Shown here: positions 43,400-59,453 of the stretch, piece after piece
Layout: the number at the start of each line of letters is the position of its first letter
Numbering within the stretch: the first letter of the stretch is position 1
Source: the human T2T-CHM13v2.0 reference genome, Homo sapiens
Direction: 5' to 3' (one strand)
Assembly: GCF_009914755.1 (NCBI RefSeq)
Contig: NC_060929.1
DNA: 64,000 bases
The notes under the pieces: model-generated
Told to the model about the DNA's origin: nothing
The model's database searches: none
The model's input: only the letters and a program-made list of their open reading frames with translations
Program-made: the position numbers and the translations under genes

Positions 43400-43632
43400 T
43401 TAAAAACCCTCTGTCTCCTGCATTTAACAACTACTAATTCCACTTGACATTTTAGCCCTCTTTCCTTAAAATAAGCTGCCATTTATTCACTTATTTATGT
43501 GTTTATGGATGGTCTGCTCCACTTGAATGCCAGTTTGATGAGGGCAAGGAAATCTGTGGGATATTATGTCTGTAGATCCTAGATCAGTGCCTGGCATACA
43601 ATAGGCACTCAACTATTAATTGAAAGAATAAG
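43400..43632 (+). mobile_element. L2 3' end
   Basis: ccacttgaatg..agttt.atgagggcaagga...cctagatcagtgcctggcatac.ataggcactcaa...ttgaaagaat. Confidence 0.8.
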
Positions 43633-45393
43633 CAGACTTAAATTATGTGCATTTATTTCACAAGATTATCAAATGGAATATAGTTATACACCAACTCTAT
43701 TTATCTATAGATAGGGCATCTCAGTGGCTAGGAGAAGCTTGAGTTTACTTCATCTTTTAAAAATAAAGAAATTCCAAAACCTGTGTAATAAAACATTTAA
43801 AATGCACTGAAGTGTTGTTAGTTATTAAAATTAACTATTTAAACTGAAAAAAAAAACAATGTAAAAGAGTTATCATAGGGTATTTCCAAAATTTATAAAA
43901 CATTGATTGCTAGTTCACTACAGATGATAAGGAAGCAGAACTTTTAAGTTCTCAGAATATTTTCCTTCAATTGTGACAGGATACATTACCTCATTTGTCA
44001 ATAACATCCATAATCTATATATAAGGATTGTTGTTGATATGAAGTGCAGACCAAATGTCTCTTCTATATCCCTAATTCTTCATATCCCATCCCCAAATAG
44101 GTGCTAGGAACTTTACTGCAGCCCACCTGGCAAATCTTCATGTCACATCACCAGCCTTCAGAAGACACATGGCAAATATTAGTGTAAATTCTGGACATGG
44201 GTAGCAGCAGTAAATGCTAAGTTATAGAACTAAAGTAGCTGGCTGTAGTACTCCAGGAAGTTGGCTTTGAAATGACCATATCCAACAGCCCTTGTTAAAG
44301 TCTCATGCCCAGTTAAACATAGCACATGTTGGGTAAGATGGTAAAGTTAATTTTGGAATGTATTTTTTTTTTCAGTGTGTATTAGTTTCCTGTCACTGCT
44401 GTCAAAAATTACCGCAAACTGGGTGTCTGAAACAAAATTTATTCTCTCACAGTTCTGGATGTCAGAAATACAAAGTCAGCATCACTGGGCTGAAATGATG
44501 ATATCGGCAGGGCCTCATTCCCTCTAGAGGTTCTAGAAGAGAATCTGTTTTATTCTCTTCCATCGTCTGGTAGCTGCCAGCATTCCTTGGCTTGTGGCTA
44601 CATTACTTCAATCTCTGCCTCCGTGGTCACATTGCCTGAAATTTCCCTCTAGCTCTCTTTTATAAGGGCATCTGTGATTGCATTTAGGGCCTACCTGGAT
44701 AATCCAGAATACTGTCCCAGTATTTTTCTATCCTTAAAGGAATCACATCTTCACTTTTTTTTTTTGCTATAAAAGGTTAACATCCATGCATACTATGCAT
44801 CAGGATGTGGACATCTCTTGGGAGATGTCATTATTCAACCTAGCACAGACTACCATCTGGCCTACAGAGATTCATATCTGTCCCATATGCCAAATATATT
44901 CACCCTGTCCCAACAACCCCAAAAGTCTCAACTCTAATTAAAGTATTAATGCATCTAAAATTGCAACTAAATATTATGAGCTCAAAAGTCCCCAATCTCA
45001 TTATCTAAATAATCTAACTTAGGTATGAATCAGAGTGTGGGTGTGATCCATCCTGTGGCAAAATTTCTATCTCTGGACCTGTGAAACTAGGACACAGGTT
45101 ATCTGCTCCCAAAAATGGTGAGACAGATATACAATAATAGTTATACACATGCTCAATCCAAAATAGGGAAATGGAAGAAAAAAAAGAGTTGCTAGTCCCC
45201 AGATAATTTCAGAATCCAGCCAGTCTTTATTATATTTCAAGATCTGGAAATAATTCTCTGCAGCTAATCACTCTGTCTTCCATACCCATTCCTGTGGCCT
45301 CGGCATCCACAGCTTGGGCTTAGGGTGCTGCGTATGTGGTTCTGGTCTCTGTTCCATTGGGAGTTCCATTATAACTGTCCACTGGAGTTACAT

Positions 45394-46082
45394 TGTAACC
45401 ATCCAACAAGTTCTTTTTGCCCACTGTGTGGATAGAGCCAACTTATCAAGACAGGGGAAATGCGATAGAAAAAGAGCTTAGTTAACACAGAGCTAACTGA
45501 ACTGGAGACCTGAGTTCTATTATTACTCAAATCAGCTTCCCCTAAAATTCTGAGGCTAGGGCTTTTCAAGGATAGTTTGGTGGGTGGCTGACTGGTTGGG
45601 GATGCAATCATAGGCCGTGTGGAAAATGGGCCTCCTGCAGCTGAGCCTGCTTCTGTGTGCAGCCACAGGACTGGTTGGTAGGGTTGGGTGGGGCCATCAG
45701 TCATCAGAAATGCAAAAATCTAAAAAGTCATCTCAAAAGGCCAACCTGAGGTTCTGCAGTACTGATGTTACCTGCAGGAGTAATTGGGGAGTTACAAATC
45801 TTATGATCTCTGGATAATGGCTGGTAATCATTTATGTCTACAGCTTAGCAGAATTCAGGTTCCTCTCATCCTTCCAACCCAGTGGTCTTTCATTAGCTTT
45901 ACAATGGCAGTTTAGTTTGGGGGAAGGGCTACTAGCATTTAATCTATAAACAAATGTCTCCCAAAGCCCAGAAATAATCAAGGGAGGTTTGGAGGTTAAA
46001 GACAAGTTGGGGGTTGGTTAGATCAGATCTCTTTCACTGTCATACTTTTCTCACTGTTATAATTTTTGCAAACATGGTTTCA
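45394..46082 (-). mobile_element. LTR8-family solo LTR (LTR8A/B, ERV1)
   Basis: tgtaacc...ttattactcaaatcag...gttagatcagatctctttcactgtca...ataatttttgcaaa..ggtttca (reverse of the tgaaacc..tttgcaaaa start). Confidence 0.85.
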
Positions 46083-46187
46083 AACTTTCCTTCATTTCAT
46101 CCTGTCTCTGTCCCTTTCAGGCCAAGCTGGCAGTCTTTCTGTTGATATAACAATTCTTGAATCCTTGTATGTCACAGGGATTTATGC

Positions 46188-46731
46188 TGAAATAAATTAA
46201 AATATTTTACCCCAAAATATATTTCTTTGACATATTTTGAAATGGCTGTCACTTGTCCGGCAGGCAGAAGTGGCCTTGCAGTGCTGTCTTATGTGGGGAA
46301 AATTTGCAGCTGCAGAGAATCTCCATTAATGCAGCCATGCCCCATCCCCTTTCTATGCCTCCCCACCCCTCACCCCCACCCCATGCAGGAGAGATTGAGA
46401 GTCTGACACCTTTAAAAATCTAAAAAGAAACCTTTACCATTTTTTCTCTCTGAGAGTGGCTTCATCTATATAACAAGGCCTCCTTTGCTAGCCAAGCTTC
46501 CTGCCAACCACCCATAACCTGTTTTACTGGATCTAAGTCTCCATTCTTTCCATAACTTCAAAATGGTATATAAGTCTCTGTAACTCATTGGAATGTTGGG
46601 TCTTTATTCTGAAAGTTTCCACATATCCAAATTACATAAATTTATCTGCCTTTTCTCCTATTAATTAATATGCCTCAGGTCAGTGTAATTTTTAGAAAAC
46701 CTTTAGGGGGCCAAGAGCCTATGACCCCAAA
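46188..46731 (+). mobile_element. ERV1 MER4/MER34-group solo LTR (LTR49-like)
   Basis: tgaa..aaattaaaatattttaccccaaaatatatttctttgacatattttgaaatggc...ttttctcctattaat; 4-bp TSD atgc on both sides. Confidence 0.8.
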
Positions 46732-46913
46732 ATGCCATTAGACAAGAGAGTCTTCCACATACCTTTTCTGAATAATCTCATCTTCCTGGCTTCTGCTGTG
46801 AGAGTAGAGTGGATCAAGTCACATGCTTACTCTCTTCAAAGAGCCCTCTGTGTGAGGGAATACTCTGACCTTTTTGATCATTTTGAGTAACTAGTCAATG
46901 GTTGTCTACCTAC

Positions 46914-48068
<1,155 letters not shown>

Positions 48069-48580
48069 CTAAACTCTTGGCTTTATATTCAGAACTCATT
48101 TTCCTAACAATAAATCTCCTATTTTTAGCATTTTTTGCAATCTGTGTAGGTTGGGAATTTTCCAAATTGTCAAATCCTGCTTCATTTTGGCTTAACAGTT
48201 CTTCCCTGAATCTTTCTCTTTCCCTTTCACATTTTACTAAAGGCAGTAAGAAGAAACCAGGGCACACCTTGAATGCTTTTCTTAGAAATGTCCTCGGCTC
48301 AGTATCCCAGTTCATCACTTTCAAGTTTCTCTTTCCATTTCCTCTGTACCCTTACTGGAAACACTATGAACATCTATATTTTCACCAACAGTCTGTTCAA
48401 GGCAATCCAGGATTTTTCTGTCATGCACCTCAAAATTATTCCAGCTTCTTCCCATTACCCAGTCCCAAAAGCACTTCCACATTTTTAGGAATTTGTTACA
48501 GTAGCCCTCCCTGCCAAACACAGTATCAAAGTCTATTTTAGTTTCCTGTGGCTGCTGTAACAAATTAGCACAAACTCAGT

Positions 48581-48996
<416 letters not shown>

Positions 48997-49419
48997 CTAT
49001 TCCTTGTCTCTTTCAGCTTCTGATGAGTGCTGACATGTCTTGCTTGTGGCCACATTGCTCCACCCTTTATGGCCAGTTTCTTCAAATATCTCTCTGCTCC
49101 ATCTTCACACTGCTGACTTTCTCTCTGTGTGTAATCCTTATAGGTCCCTACCCTTCTTATAAGGATACCTATGATCACATTTAAGGCCCACCTGGATAAT
49201 TCAGAGTAGTCTTTGCATTTTAAGATTCTTAATTACATCCACAGAGACCTTGTTTCCATATGAGGTAACATTGACAGGTTGCAGGAGTTAGGACCTGCTA
49301 TGTTATTAGGAAAAAAAACCAAAAAACATGGTGTCTGATTTTGCACTCAAAATAACTCAATAGTGTTTAAAAATTTTGTTTCTCTTCTTAGAAGAGAACA
49401 CTTAATCTGCATCCACTCA

Positions 49420-49740
49420 TTCATTATCTAATGAGCATGAAATTTTCCCTTTTTCATCTACTATATTTAGTCCGTCAGCATCAGCAAGACTGTCATCAAA
49501 ACAGACTCTCTCTGCTTGTCCAGTGCTACCTTTCTATCTCAAGCTATGGTTATTTCTCTCCTGAACTTTAGCAGTAACCTCCAAACTGTCGCCCAGCCTT
49601 CACTCTTGTCTTCCAACAATTCACTCTCCCCAAAGCAACCAGAATCTTTTAAAATCCCATCAGCTAATGTCATTCTCCTGCTTAATACCACACACTGGCA
49701 TCCTATTTTAATTTGAATAAAAACTAATGTGTTACCTTTA
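49420..49740 (+). mobile_element. L2 fragment
   Basis: atttctctcctgaacttta gcagtaacctcc..aactg...ttcactctcc..aaagcaaccagaatctttt...tcattctcctgcttaa. Confidence 0.7.
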
Positions 49741-50050
49741 CTTCAGATGTTCCATAAAACCAATAATCTAATAGATTCATTTGTCCCTTCAATGTGGGCT
49801 CCTTTTTTTTCCACACATAAAGAGCTAAAATGACCATTCCTATTCACAAAGGAGAGAAATATGTTTGCTAAAATGGAAATTTGTTGCACTTTTAATGATG
49901 TCACTTAATTCTGTACTTTACCTTGCCTTAAAAATAATATCTTCTAATGTCTTTTACAAGGTATTTAGAAATACATGGTTCCAATCACACTTAGATGAAC
50001 CTTGTGTTTATTGCTTAGTCTGTGATAAATATTTTACTAGTATTAGTTTT

Positions 50051-50364
50051 TTGTGTGTGTGTTTCTTTTTTTTTTTTTTTTTTGTGGTGGAGTCTCACTC
50101 TGTCGCCCAGGCTAGAAGGCAGTGGTGCGATCTTGACTCACTGCAAGCTCCGCCTCCCGGTTTCACGCCATTCTCCTGCCTCAGCCTCCTGATTAGCTGG
50201 GACTACAGGTGCCTGCCACCACGCCAGGCTAAGTTTTTGTATTTTTAGTAGAGTAGGGGTTTCACCATGTTAGCCAGGATGGTCTCGATCTCCTGACCTC
50301 ATGATCCACCCACCTCAGCCTCCCAAAGTGCTGGGATTACAGGCGTGAGCCAACGCGCCCGGCC
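50051..50364 (-). mobile_element. AluY
   Basis: ctgcaagctccgcctcccgg.ttcacgccattctc; TSD actagtattagtttt. Confidence 0.95.
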
Positions 50365-50624
50365 ACTAGTATTAGTTTTAGACCTACCACTGGCTTATCA
50401 ATTATCTCTTGATAAAGGTGTCACTTAACATTTTCATGGTTGGTCAAAAATCAACAGTGATTTATTGAATACTTGCAGGATCTGCTATCTGTCATGTAGC
50501 AATTCAGGGAAAAATGTGTGTGTGTATATATATTTATAAAACATATATAAAATTATATTTATTTTATAATTATACAATTGAAATAATATAGTATATATTA
50601 TATATTTGTGTATAATATATACAC

Positions 50625-50936
50625 ATTTATATATATATAAAATATATATTTTATATATAATATATATATAAAATATATATTATATATTTTATATATATTA
50701 TATATATAAAATATATATTATATATTTTATATATATTATATATATAAAATATATATTATATATATTATATATATATTATATATAAAATATATAATATATA
50801 TTTTATATATATATTATATATAATATATATAATATATATTTTATATATAATTTATATATAAAATATATATTATATATTTTATATATAATATATATATAAT
50901 ATATATTATATATTTTATATATAATATATATATTTT
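50625..50936. repeat. Pure A/T array with an approximately 38-bp palindromic unit
   Basis: 312 bp without any G or C; AAAA runs recur at 50670, 50708 and 50746. Confidence 0.95.
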
Positions 50937-51189
50937 CCCCTGGCTTGTGAAAGCATCTCCTTTATTTCATCTTGTCATTCAGTGCCTCAAAATTAAAGAT
51001 AAAATGTAAATTAACAGCATCTCAAAGTAAAAATGCCAATTTACAAAGGAACTCACAAAAGCCCAGAAAGTTATAGACTTCTTTTAGTAGCTAAAAATTT
51101 AAAAACTGTACCTTTTGCATGTATCATATGGGTAATTATAAGATTAATACCCATTGTTAGCAAAACTGTGAGAAGTACTTTTCAAGTAC

Positions 51190-52010
51190 TTTTGATGCAA
51201 TGCACTCATAGTGTAAAGTCAGCACAGCACAGCTATGCTGGAAAGTTATTTGTGAAGAATCATCAGTGCTATCAAAACGAGCATATCGGCAGGGCCTGGT
51301 GGCTTATGCCTGTAAACCCAGAACTTTGGGAGGCCGAGGCGGGCAGATTGTCTGAGGTCAGGAGTTTGAGACCAGCCTGGCCAACATGGTGAAACCCCAT
51401 CTCTACTACAATACAAAAATTAGCCAGGCAAAGTGGCAAACTCCTGTAATCCCAGCTACATGTCTTAGGAGGCTGAGACATGAGACTCCCTTGCACCAGG
51501 AGGTGGAGTTTGCAGTGAGTGGAGATCGTGCTATTGCACTCCAGCCTGAGTGACAGAGTGAGACTCTCTTGGAAAAAACAAGCAAAAACAGAAAGAGTAT
51601 ACCTTCGAACATAGCTCTTCCTTTTAAACTAATAAAAAAATCAAATATGTGCAAGAAAATTTGTGCATAAGGACATTTGTTATATCATTCTTTACAAGAA
51701 GGTGAATTTTTAAAAAATCTGATTAAGTGAATAAATTACATGATAGCCACATCCTGAAACAGTACATGGCCATTAAAAATCATGATTTAGAAAAACATTT
51801 TGTGACACTAACAAATATTCATGATATGTAGTCAGAGCATGTTAAGCAATTGTTAAGTGCCTTATTATTTCAGTTTTTTGAGACATACACATAAGAGCAC
51901 ACTTCTGGAAGCACACAAATAATAAATATTGAAGGTATTAATGATGACCTTCATTTTCTTCTTAAAATTATTTCTCTTTTCAAAATTTTAGCTTGACCAT
52001 ACATTGTTTC
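51190..52010 (+). mobile_element. Old L1ME-like fragment, interrupted by an Alu
   Basis: gtgtaaa...cacagctatgctggaaag...[Alu]...ataaattacatgatagcca...gccattaaaaatcatgat.tagaa. Confidence 0.55.
51288..51590 (+). mobile_element. AluSx-like
   Basis: Full dimer; degenerate TSD aaacgagcatatc / aaagagtatacc. Confidence 0.93.
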
Positions 52011-53269
52011 TGTAGTATACTTGCTGAAGAGAAAACAAAATCTGTGCATTCTAAAAAAAAGTTGCTCATGGAAAGATTAAAAGAGGCCCTTATAGGATCA
52101 GAGCCCCAGAAACATTCACATGAAAGTTACTGGATGCTCCTTTTTTTTTTTTGTCTGCAATAGGAGAGGCAGAAAAATAGGTATCTAGAGGCTGGAGACC
52201 TTATAAAAGAGCTGATGATCTCTTACTTATTATCTCAATCAATGACGCAGAATCAATATTCTTAAAATTCCATAGAATTATGCACAGATGCACACAGAGC
52301 TACAGTCAAGTATTATCTATGTTGACAGAATACCACCAAGACAAAATTAATCACATTCAGATTAGACCAAAAATGTTGTACATTGAACCTTTCATTGAAG
52401 GGTGCTTGGAGGTATATATGTGGGGAAGGGAGATGTTAATGACAAAGATAAATAGTTCCTTAATTTGGAGCATGCTGATAATGTCATACTTAGTATTCAT
52501 TCTCTGGGGTGCAGTGGGGGAAAATCATGCAAATTCATGTGTTTAGAAAGATATACACATTGCATTTTTGGGTGGCTATTTTGCAACCCTTCTGAGTATT
52601 AGCTTTTAATAATTTCATATATATTAAAAGCTAATCAAAAATAAACTAATTTTTAAAAATAAAAATGCCATCTCATAAAAGGAATCAAATCTAAAAAAAA
52701 TTATCTTTTCTTATTTTGTTTCTATACACTTCATTAATCGTATTCTATTCCTTTCATCACTGTCTCCCTTTCTCAGAGCCAGAAGTAAAATTACCATCAG
52801 TTACCTAGGATCATCAACTAATAAAACTGAACTCAGGTGCTTTCTAGCTCCATGTATTTCTTCAGGGATTATATCTGTGAAAAGCACTCACATCAGATCC
52901 AAGAGAAGTGGGAAGAAGTTGTCCATTGACTCAAAATTTTGTTTAAATACTTTACTATATACAATGTATATATGTATTAACTTTCCCGATTTGCACATTA
53001 GTTTACAGATAACATTTGTTTCATTATAACAACAACCAAGAAACCCAAAATACAACCGAAACAATAAGCCCATCTACTCAAATGTACGCTTTCAGCTTGC
53101 TTTAATATGAGTAAGAATCTCTACATGGGCATACAGGTTAGATCTATCATATACAATTGCAAAGTATTCTGGAATCTAAGTTAGATGATGTATTTTGAAT
53201 GGCTTCTTCAGTTTTTCTGACATTCTATCCCTCTATGCATTTATCAGTGCTCAGAAGCAATTGACCAAT

Positions 53270-53500
53270 CTATGCAGAACTGTCCTGTAGGTCTTCTACA
53301 TCCCTATCCCTGTTCACATCCATTATATTTGTTATAGTAAATAGTATTTACAAGTTGTTCCCTTCACTCCACAGAGCTCAGAGCTCCATTAAAACAGGGA
53401 AAAATGCTCTTCATCTTTGTACACCTGAAATCAAGCCAAGTGCCCAGCACATGATAGACTTTCCCTAAAGTATTCACAAAGAATAATCAAAGAATGAACA
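53270..53500 (+). mobile_element. L2 3' end
   Basis: gagctccatta..acaggga...tcatctttgtac.cct....gcc.agtgcccagcacatgatag. Confidence 0.7.
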
Positions 53501-55096
53501 ACAATGATATTGATATCTTGAAAATATTATAGGAAATCAAAATTGTAAATTTCAGTGAAGATACCCCAAACAACTCCAGCCAATTACTTGTGAGAATAAT
53601 TGATTTTAAATAAGATCCTCTTTCAGCTTATATTTTAAAAATAAGATTTAAGGTAATGTAATTATGAAGAGTATTATAAAGATGTAAAATACATCTCCTA
53701 GAAATTATTTAAATTAAATAAGTTCTTAAAATTAAGAAACTTTTAATATTTACTGAAACCAGTTAGAATTCAATAACTTGATTAACCAAACTCTGCCTTA
53801 GTTTACACTGAGACAGTAAATTGAAAAAAAATACTAATTTTTATATATGTTAAAATTATATTAACTACAGAAGGAAAAATTAGTGTCCTGACCTACATGC
53901 AAGCTAACTGTTAAAAAATAACACAAATACATGCATCCATTACTATTCCAGCTTAAAATTAGAATAAAAATGGATAGCCAGAGTGAATGTGTGGGTGTGA
54001 GTGTAGGTGTACATCGGAGGATGAGATTTATAGGTGTTGTGTGCACACAGGGAAGTGTGTGTTTGTGCGTGTTCTCACATGTGTGCTTAGTGACAGAAAT
54101 GCATCAAAACATAATTCTGAACTTAATTCTACAATAAAATATGTAAAGCAATTAATGTATTAATAATTATTTTACTTAACTGTTGTCCCATAAATACACT
54201 TGAGAGAGTGATAAAATGTCTGCTTGCATTTATGCTTAAACACTTCAACCTTCCAGTTCCCTAGGTAATATGGTGTTTTGGCTTATCTGCGCGCGTGTAA
54301 CCTTCTTTGCTGGAATCCAACCCAAACAAACAGATCCTTATGCAATCTGTTGCAGGCTCTTTCATATAAATAGAAGATTAAGAAAAAAATGATGTCTGTC
54401 CTACCAGTGATGGTCATTTGTGTAGCTAGTTTTCTACTCTACTCTTGAATTCCCTTTTATTGAGACATGATTTGGGGAACTTCATGTGGGCACCTTAAAA
54501 GCTGCATAGACATGAAAGTTTCTGTCAAACACTGACTGTAAAATCTAAGCTTCAATTAATGTCTATCATCAAATTAAGAGATAATGTTAGTTTTCACACT
54601 TCAGTTCTCAGCTGAATGCTTTAACTATTCTTATTAGGGGCTCTTAGCACATCAAAAAAGAGATCAGCAAAACAAATGATTCTCTCTGGTCATTTACTAG
54701 GCTTCATTGGTAGTTTGATTTGTTAACAATGCATTTCTAATGAATGTAATTGCTGCTTATTTAAGGAGACTAATTTTAGTATAAACACTAAAGAATGAAT
54801 CTAGGCAACATATATTGTGATTTGCTGCTATATATTCTCTATACATACAAGTACCCATAGGCATATATAGATATATATTATTTTAAAAATCATCACTTTA
54901 TAATTCAGGTTAAGTTGCCAGTTCCATATATTGGTTTCCAAATCCGCTTTTCCACAAACTTTTCTCTCTCTAACGAAAGAAAATGTATGCTCTATTAAAA
55001 GAAAACAAATCTTACAAAATACCTAAAATAACCTACAGATTATTAAATAATAACAATTAACTGCCTATTTTTCCTAATTGATCTGTGCCATGTTAA

Positions 55097-55443
<347 letters not shown>

Positions 55444-55959
55444 TAATTTATGAGTTTTTTAAGTCAGTAAATTGTATGTAACATTGCACAATGAATTTAC
55501 TTTCCAATTAATCTTTCTATTCTAATTGGTCTGATAGGGGAACTAAAGCATTTAACACTACAGGCAGATGCTTACAAAGTCTTTAGGAAATTGACCACTT
55601 CATTGTAGTTAAAACGTATATTATTTGGAGGCCTACATGGATATAAGATCGCCTTTTATGTTTGGACTTTGGTACTAAGTTGCAGTAGGCCATACTCCCA
55701 CTGTTAGCCTTAATAGGATTAGTTTGGGTATTATCAAAAGAACAATTAACACCTGCTGATATGATCACAGATGGTATCAAAGAGTAAGAGGAACTCAATT
55801 TTACAGGGACACTCATCTCAGGCTTTTATATTGGTAGTGCCAATACAAAAATGGCTATAAAATTCAATGACAATACTCCCTGTAACTATTAGTGGTACAT
55901 CACTCAACTGGTAGTAAATTAAATGATTTTTTCTAGCTTGCTTAATTCTGAAGGGGGGG

Positions 55960-56150
55960 GTCCTGTCTGATTGTCTGATAATACTAGCTCTGTGACTCTG
56001 GGTATGTTATTAAATTTATCTGAGGATAGGTTTCTTACCTGCAAAATTGAGACCAATAATAACACACACTCCTGGATGGTTATACAGATTAAATCAGGAA
56101 ATTCAGGTAAAAGGCATAGCCCCCCTGTTGCTTACACATAAATGTGAGTT
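55960..56150 (+). mobile_element. MIR
   Basis: tactagctctgtgactctggg.atgttattaaa.tt.tctgag..aggtttctta.ctgcaaaattgag..aataata. Confidence 0.75.
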
Positions 56151-56159
56151 CTTATTGTC

Positions 56160-56760
56160 CTGATTTTTATAATGATGTCTTTAATGATTTTATGGACTCT
56201 GCAGGGAAGCTTTAATAAATATGAACTTAGAAATACTTTGTATTTTTGATAGATACCATTAGCCCAATTTCCAAAGAAGGTCTATAATTTTAATTATGAA
56301 GTGATGATAAATGTTCTTATATGCCTTTCAACTTCAGAGGGATTTTTTTTCCTGCTATTAGTGGAATATACTTCATTTACAGATTAGATTTCTGAGAATA
56401 ATTTAATAGTAAATTATTGTTTTAATATACTGCTATTCATTTTCCTAATAGTTTCTTTGCTTCAGTTTTCAAGTGATATTATTATAGTTTCCTTTGATTA
56501 TAGTATCACTTTCTAGTTTGTGGTTAGTGTTCTGCTAGCTTTATAGAATGAATTAAGGATATTTGGGGCTTTCCTATATTCTGACACATTTAAATAGCTG
56601 AGAAGTTATCTATTTCTTGACATTTGTAGAATTTCACAGTGGTATTTTTAAGCAAAGTACAAGGAATTAAAGGGAGAAAAAGACTTCTTTTTCTGTTTTT
56701 ATTTGGTTACTTATATGTTTAATTATGAGTTAGCTTTGGGAATTTATATTTTTTCTAGAA
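56160..56760 (-). mobile_element. Old L1M ORF2 fragment
   Basis: ttctagtttgtggttagtgttctgctagctttatagaatgaatt..gga...tttcttgacatttgtagaatttcacagt. Confidence 0.55.
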
Positions 56761-57024
56761 AAACCCAGAGGTATAGAATTCTAGAAAAACCAAGAAGACC
56801 CCTCAAGAAAAGTAGAATTATTCTAGTTATTTGAAGAATCATTCAATCACTTTTAAGGATAGAAAATAACCTTTCAAAAATTGAGTTATCTTTAAGTTTC
56901 ACAAAGAAATTATAGACATATTCACAAGTATTACATTTATTTGTTCCTTTCTGACAAATTTCATGAAAAATTGTTTTAAGGACAGGAGACAGAAATGTAG
57001 CTAAATTAGATAACTTATATAAAA

Positions 57025-57315
57025 TCAAATGCCCAGAACTACTTCACATCCAATAGAAGTAGATAGGCTACTATCAAAATACAAAAAACAAAACAAAGGA
57101 ACAGAGAACAAGTGTTGGTGAGGATGTGGAGAAATTGGGACCCTCCTCTACTGTTAATGGAAATGTAAGATGGCACAATCTCTAGGGATAACACTATGGT
57201 GGCTCCTTAAAAAATCACAAATAGAATTACCATATGATCCAGCAATTTTACTTCTGGGTATACACCCAAAATAATTGAAAGCTGAGCCTTGAAGACACAT
57301 TTGTACATTTGTTTG
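57025..57315 (+). mobile_element. L1MB fragment
   Basis: aacaagtgttggtgaggatgtggagaaattgg.accct...atagaattaccatatgatccagcaatt..acttctgggtatacacccaaaa. Confidence 0.88.
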
Positions 57316-58036
57316 TACAAATGACCAGAACATGACTGAGCCAAGCCAAGGAATATCACTTGAACTAGAACCTTTTGAACTATTCTTGACCACTCTAAGT
57401 TGAACAGGGCATATTCCTTCCATTCATAGGCTCTAAGTAAAATTTCTTGAGCTTATTTTTGAATCCTTCTGCCCTTTTTTTTTTATTAAAAAAGAAAATA
57501 AAATTTTGAAAAGTTAGCAAATAAGGCCCTAAAGCAAAGCATAATAATTTTCCCTCCAAAATAGGTTTCCATCCTATTGAAACATCCTTCTCTGGGAAGC
57601 CATGCCTAACTCTTCTAACACTACGCTGTGTGCACGTGTTTCCCTTCAACATACTCACCACATCCTAGTCTTTCTTTACACCTTTCATTTTTCCATATTC
57701 TAAATATCTTCTTGTTTTCTCTTCCCCTCTAGAGTGGGAATCTCTGGAGAATAGCCAATAAATAGACGAAGACCTAAGTTTCACCCCCTATTTATACTCT
57801 CATGGAATGGATTTCAATTGTTTAGTGTTCTGTCTTCCCCATTAGTCCATAAGTTTTTCTACACATGCAGCAGAGTTAATAAATATCTGAGGACTTATTG
57901 TATGCAAAGTGCTGTGCTGCAATCCATGGAGATAGCAGCATAAAAATTTAAAAAACAAAAGGCCAAAAATTTCTTTTCTCACTTAGATTGCATTACAGAG
58001 AAGATGGATAATAAACAAGGTAAAGAAATGCAGTCC

Positions 58037-58362
58037 AGCTCGGGCACGGTGGCTCACATCTGTAATCCCAGCACTTTGGGAGGCTGAGGCAGGCAGATCA
58101 CTTGAGGCCAGGAGTTTGAGACCAGACTGGCCAACATGGCAAAACCCTGTCTCTACTTAAAAAAAAAAAAAAAAAAAAGCCAGGCATGGTGCTGCATACC
58201 TATAATCCCAGTTACTCAGGAGGCTGAGATGGGAGAATCGCTTGGACCCGGCAGGCAGAGGTTGCAGTAAGCTGAGATTGCACCACTGCTCTATAGCCTG
58301 GGTAACAAAGCGAGACTCTGCCTCAAAAATAAATAAATAAATAAATAAATAAATATAAATAA
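58037..58362 (+). mobile_element. AluSz-like with expanded middle poly-A and (AAAT)n tail, inside an L2 fragment
   Basis: cacttgaggccaggagtt; A20 linker; aaataaataaat tail. Confidence 0.93.
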
Positions 58363-58895
58363 AAAGAAAATGATGTACATATTATGTTGCATATGTCATA
58401 AGATAAAAACAAAACAGAGAAGGGGATATAAAGTGTCTGCCTATGTAAAAAAAGGAAAATATTATTATTTCATTATTTTACAGAATTAAATAATTATTAA
58501 TTTTATATATATATATGCCTAGCCAAGTACAAAGACGAAGAGTTCAATAAATAATAGCTGTAGATGATAACTATGACGATGATAAAAGAAAAGAATAGGA
58601 GGAGGAAAAGAAGGAAGAGAAAAAAGAAGAGATATATTGTATTCTTTACAAAACTATCACAAGACTTGAAGCGAATTATCAAAATTATGATAAATTGTTT
58701 TAGTACAAACAAATAGATATGGTACAGTGCCTGTACTCGGCTTGCAACTTATGTTGAGGTGATTCCCACTCACATTGGCCCTTGTCCTTGTCAGCCCTCT
58801 GTGCCACAGTTGACAGAGCCAAGGGGCCAAAGAAGCTGTGCCCTTGGGTTGTCCGTGATTGGCACCTCTTGATGAGGTGAAGATATCATTCCTAA

Positions 58896-59303
<408 letters not shown>

Positions 59304-59453
59304 TAACTAGAGTTGTGCTTCTTCAGTAATCTGAGTAGGTAAGACTCCCCTTTTGGAAGTCAAATTCTACAAACTCCAGTGCCCACAGGAACCAGGAAGG
59401 TAACATAAATAAGAGAATGAGCAAAAACTTAAAGGAATGAGAGGGAGAATGGC

